Source: Fonticula-like sp. SCN 57-25 (lineage: Eukaryota). Taken from it: a DNA stretch of 46,690 bases. The translations under genes were made by a program, and so were the position numbers. Where the stretch lies: contig MEDX01000022.1 in NCBI GenBank assembly GCA_001724245.1, positions 1-46,690 of the forward strand, in the 5' to 3' direction. The notes beneath the pieces were generated by a model that saw only the letters and a program-made list of their open reading frames with translations, did no database searches and was not told the origin of the DNA. Shown here in pieces: positions 44,174 through 46,690 of this stretch (its first letter is position 1; each line of letters starts with the position of its first letter).

Positions 44174-46562
44174 TCAGGCTTCGTTCTCTGGCGCCTGAAC
44201 CTCGCCGAGGTACTGGCCGAGGCGCTCGGACCGGTAGTCTGCGCGCCGTCCGACCATCTCGCGGAGCACATCGCGTGCGACGCCGGCCGCAAGGCAGTCG
44301 CGAAGCACATTGACGATACTCTCGGGGGTCACAACAAACAGATTGCCCACGTCACGCATGCGCGCAATGCGCTCGTTCACGTCGGGAAGCTTGAACTTTT
44401 TCAAGCACGCCGCGTACTCGCTCAGCTCGCGCGCCAGCAAAAGGCCGCCCGCGGCATTGATGACGAGCTTGTGCCAGTGTGCATCAAACGACCTATAGCG
44501 AAAATTAGCGGGGCAGTATGGATGAAATATGCGTACGAGAAAAAGCTGAAAGCAAGCGCGTGCAGGTACTGCCCGAGATTTGTTTCGTCGAGCGTTGGCT
44601 CCGCGGCCTCCCGTGCGCGCTCCAGCATGTCAATGATAACACGGCACGTCGGCTGTGAACATGGTTAGAAAAGACCAGTATACACAACAATCGTACCGTT
44701 CGTAGATCGCCTCCTGCCTCCTTGGGGCGGTACTCTGCGCGCTTCTGCCGCGACAGAGCTCTCGCAATGCCGCCGGTGACGACACCGAGATGGGCCTCGA
44801 CGACGGAATTCGCCGCGTCCTCGAGCTGCTGAACAAGAATATTCTTGAAGGAAACGCATTCGCGGTACGAGTCGGCCAGTTCGGAGGTGCTGGGCGCGAC
44901 CGTCTGTGAAAAGTGCGTCTGGACAATGCCAATAGCCGCCCCAGCCGCCTGCACGGCCTCGAGCGATGGCACGAGCGTCCCGTCCAGCTTGCCGTCGGCC
45001 GTCAGCGCAAGGTCTTCCTGTACGCTAAACACAACCGTAAGTATAGATAAAAAAAGGCAGGCGTCATACAGGTGCAGGCAGGCCTCGAGGTACTCCTTGA
45101 CGAGCACTGTGAGCGCATTCTTGTAGAGCCTGACAAGAAGCGGGCCGCGGCTGGCAGGGGCGACAAGTGCGACGGCGCGGTCGGACGCGTCGCTGTGCGC
45201 CTGCAGCATGTCCACAGCAGCCTTGGTGGAGATGACGACATTGGCGTGGGCTGCGCCGGCGGCTGGCCGCCTGCGGCCCGCAGTAAATCGCTTGAATGGG
45301 TCAAGCGCAATGGCGACAAGTTGCGCCTGGCAGCGTTCCTCGTCCTGCTCATAGCGTGCGCCGAGATATTTTGAAAAGACCGTATCCAGCAACTTGTTCT
45401 TTTGCATGGCAAGAGTAGCGCCCGGTGTCATCTGCCCCGCGTCGACGAGCAGCGCATCACACTCGGCGTAGCAAGTCGCCAGCGCAGCAAGGTGCGGCTG
45501 TAGGTGGTGCTCGTTGAGGTGGGCATCCAGCGTCCGCGACACAAAGGGGGCAATGTGCGCCTCGACGGCGCGCGAAACAAAGTCGAGGTAAACGGAAAGA
45601 GGGTCGGGAAATACTTCGAAAAGTTCAGGTAAAACCGCCTTGCACGCCGCGCGGACATCGTCGCAGAGTGGCTTGAGGTTTTCAAGCTCGGCGCGGCGCT
45701 TGCGGGGAGGCGGGATAGTGCTCGACCCGCTCGTGTCGTGCGCGAAAAAGGTGTGTATGGCAAGGTACCGCTCCGTGCACCGCGCGCCAACACCAATTCG
45801 GTTCAGTGTCTCGCATATCGTATGGAGCTGAGCGGCGTCGTTGTCGTCGTAAGCGGCGTTCATGCGGTCGAGCAGGCGGCTCTCGGCCGACGCGATAAAC
45901 TCGTCGATGCGCTGCTTGGCGCGCCGCATTGCAGGCGACACAGCATCCTGCGCAACCGTCTGAAGTCGCTTGGCAATGAGGGCCGCTTCAAGTAGCTTGG
46001 TCGAGTCGGCAAAGATCCCTGACGGGGTTCCCTTGCAAAATTCGACAAAGTATGTCACAAGCAGACGCGCATCCTCGGCGCGCCGACGCTGCCGCTCAAG
46101 CGATGCCAGCTGCTCTCCTATGGAAAGCGTCAGTAGAAAGATCAAATATCAGCGACATACCGATGCGCGTTGATCGCCGGCCGGCGTCGCTAAAGGGCAC
46201 CTCCAGTCGGTCCAGTGCCTGCGTCGCCTCGGCCATCTGCTGACCAAGCTGACCAAGCTGCTGCTGGTACGTTTCCTTTACTGATAGACGCTTCCGCTCC
46301 GCGTTCTTGACCTCAATGGCCACCTCTGCGCTCAAGGACTCGGTCTCGGCAAGGGCATTGCGGAGCGCGGCCGCGAATGGTTGGTGCGGAAAGTCTATGC
46401 ACAGCGCGTTAGCATCGGACAGCTTAAAATGCAAGGTAGCGCACCATGCTCGACGTCGTCAACAGGAAAGAGCGTATGCTCGGCCTCCTGCTCGGCTATC
46501 ACCGGCTGAAGGAGCGATGTGGCGAACGCTACCGCGTCAAAGCTGCCCTCGAACCGCTGCAT
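44174..46562 (-). CDS. EXOC5: Exocyst component Sec10 (EXOC5)
   Basis: MQRFEGSFDAVAFATSL start, IGEQLASLERQRRRAEDA..L..YF, EVFPDP, QKRAEYRP, INAAGGLLLARELSEY, GNLFVVTPE, RRADYR; 5 introns. Confidence 0.9.
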
Positions 46563-46690
46563 CGGCCTGTGGAGCGGCTCTGGCTTGGTCCCTCACGGTG
46601 CGCTCACCTATGATCATCCGGCCACGTGGTTCAAATTCCAAAGTGAACTGATCAAATCAAGTCAGTTTGTACCCGGCGACGAGCGGATGT

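Overview
Compact, GC-rich, intron-dense eukaryotic nuclear DNA with about 26 protein-coding genes in 46.7 kb, mostly short (~45-70 nt) introns and intergenic gaps often under 150 bp. Genes in order: GT61 glycosyltransferase, glyoxalase I, a coiled-coil protein with a TPX2-like motif, LARP1, PEN-2, a Lon-N-domain-only protein, TMEM161, shugoshin, symplekin, GLTP, RPC7, Sas10/Utp3, RPL4, Sec61-gamma, Arp2, mitochondrial TrpRS, C12orf4/FERRY3, a basic RLGLGA protein, DEPDC5, MEIOB, an SLC25A30/14-like carrier, a Cof-type HAD hydrolase, a degenerate CDP-alcohol phosphotransferase-like protein, a stand-alone voltage-sensor-like protein, WRAP73 and Sec10. The mix of animal-like and fungal-like genes suggests a unicellular opisthokont (inference). 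I found no tRNA, rRNA, CRISPR array or recognisable transposon. The strongest unexplained signals are: (1) almost every intron donor is GTRCGY (C at +4) rather than GTRAGT; (2) a candidate minus-strand structured RNA with an Sm-type site between Sec61-gamma and Arp2; (3) a tandem (CAGTTTG)n motif upstream of several genes; (4) a structured RPL4 first intron plus a TOP-like tract. Gene models and family calls were made by eye from remembered family motifs, so boundaries are approximate and unverified by search.
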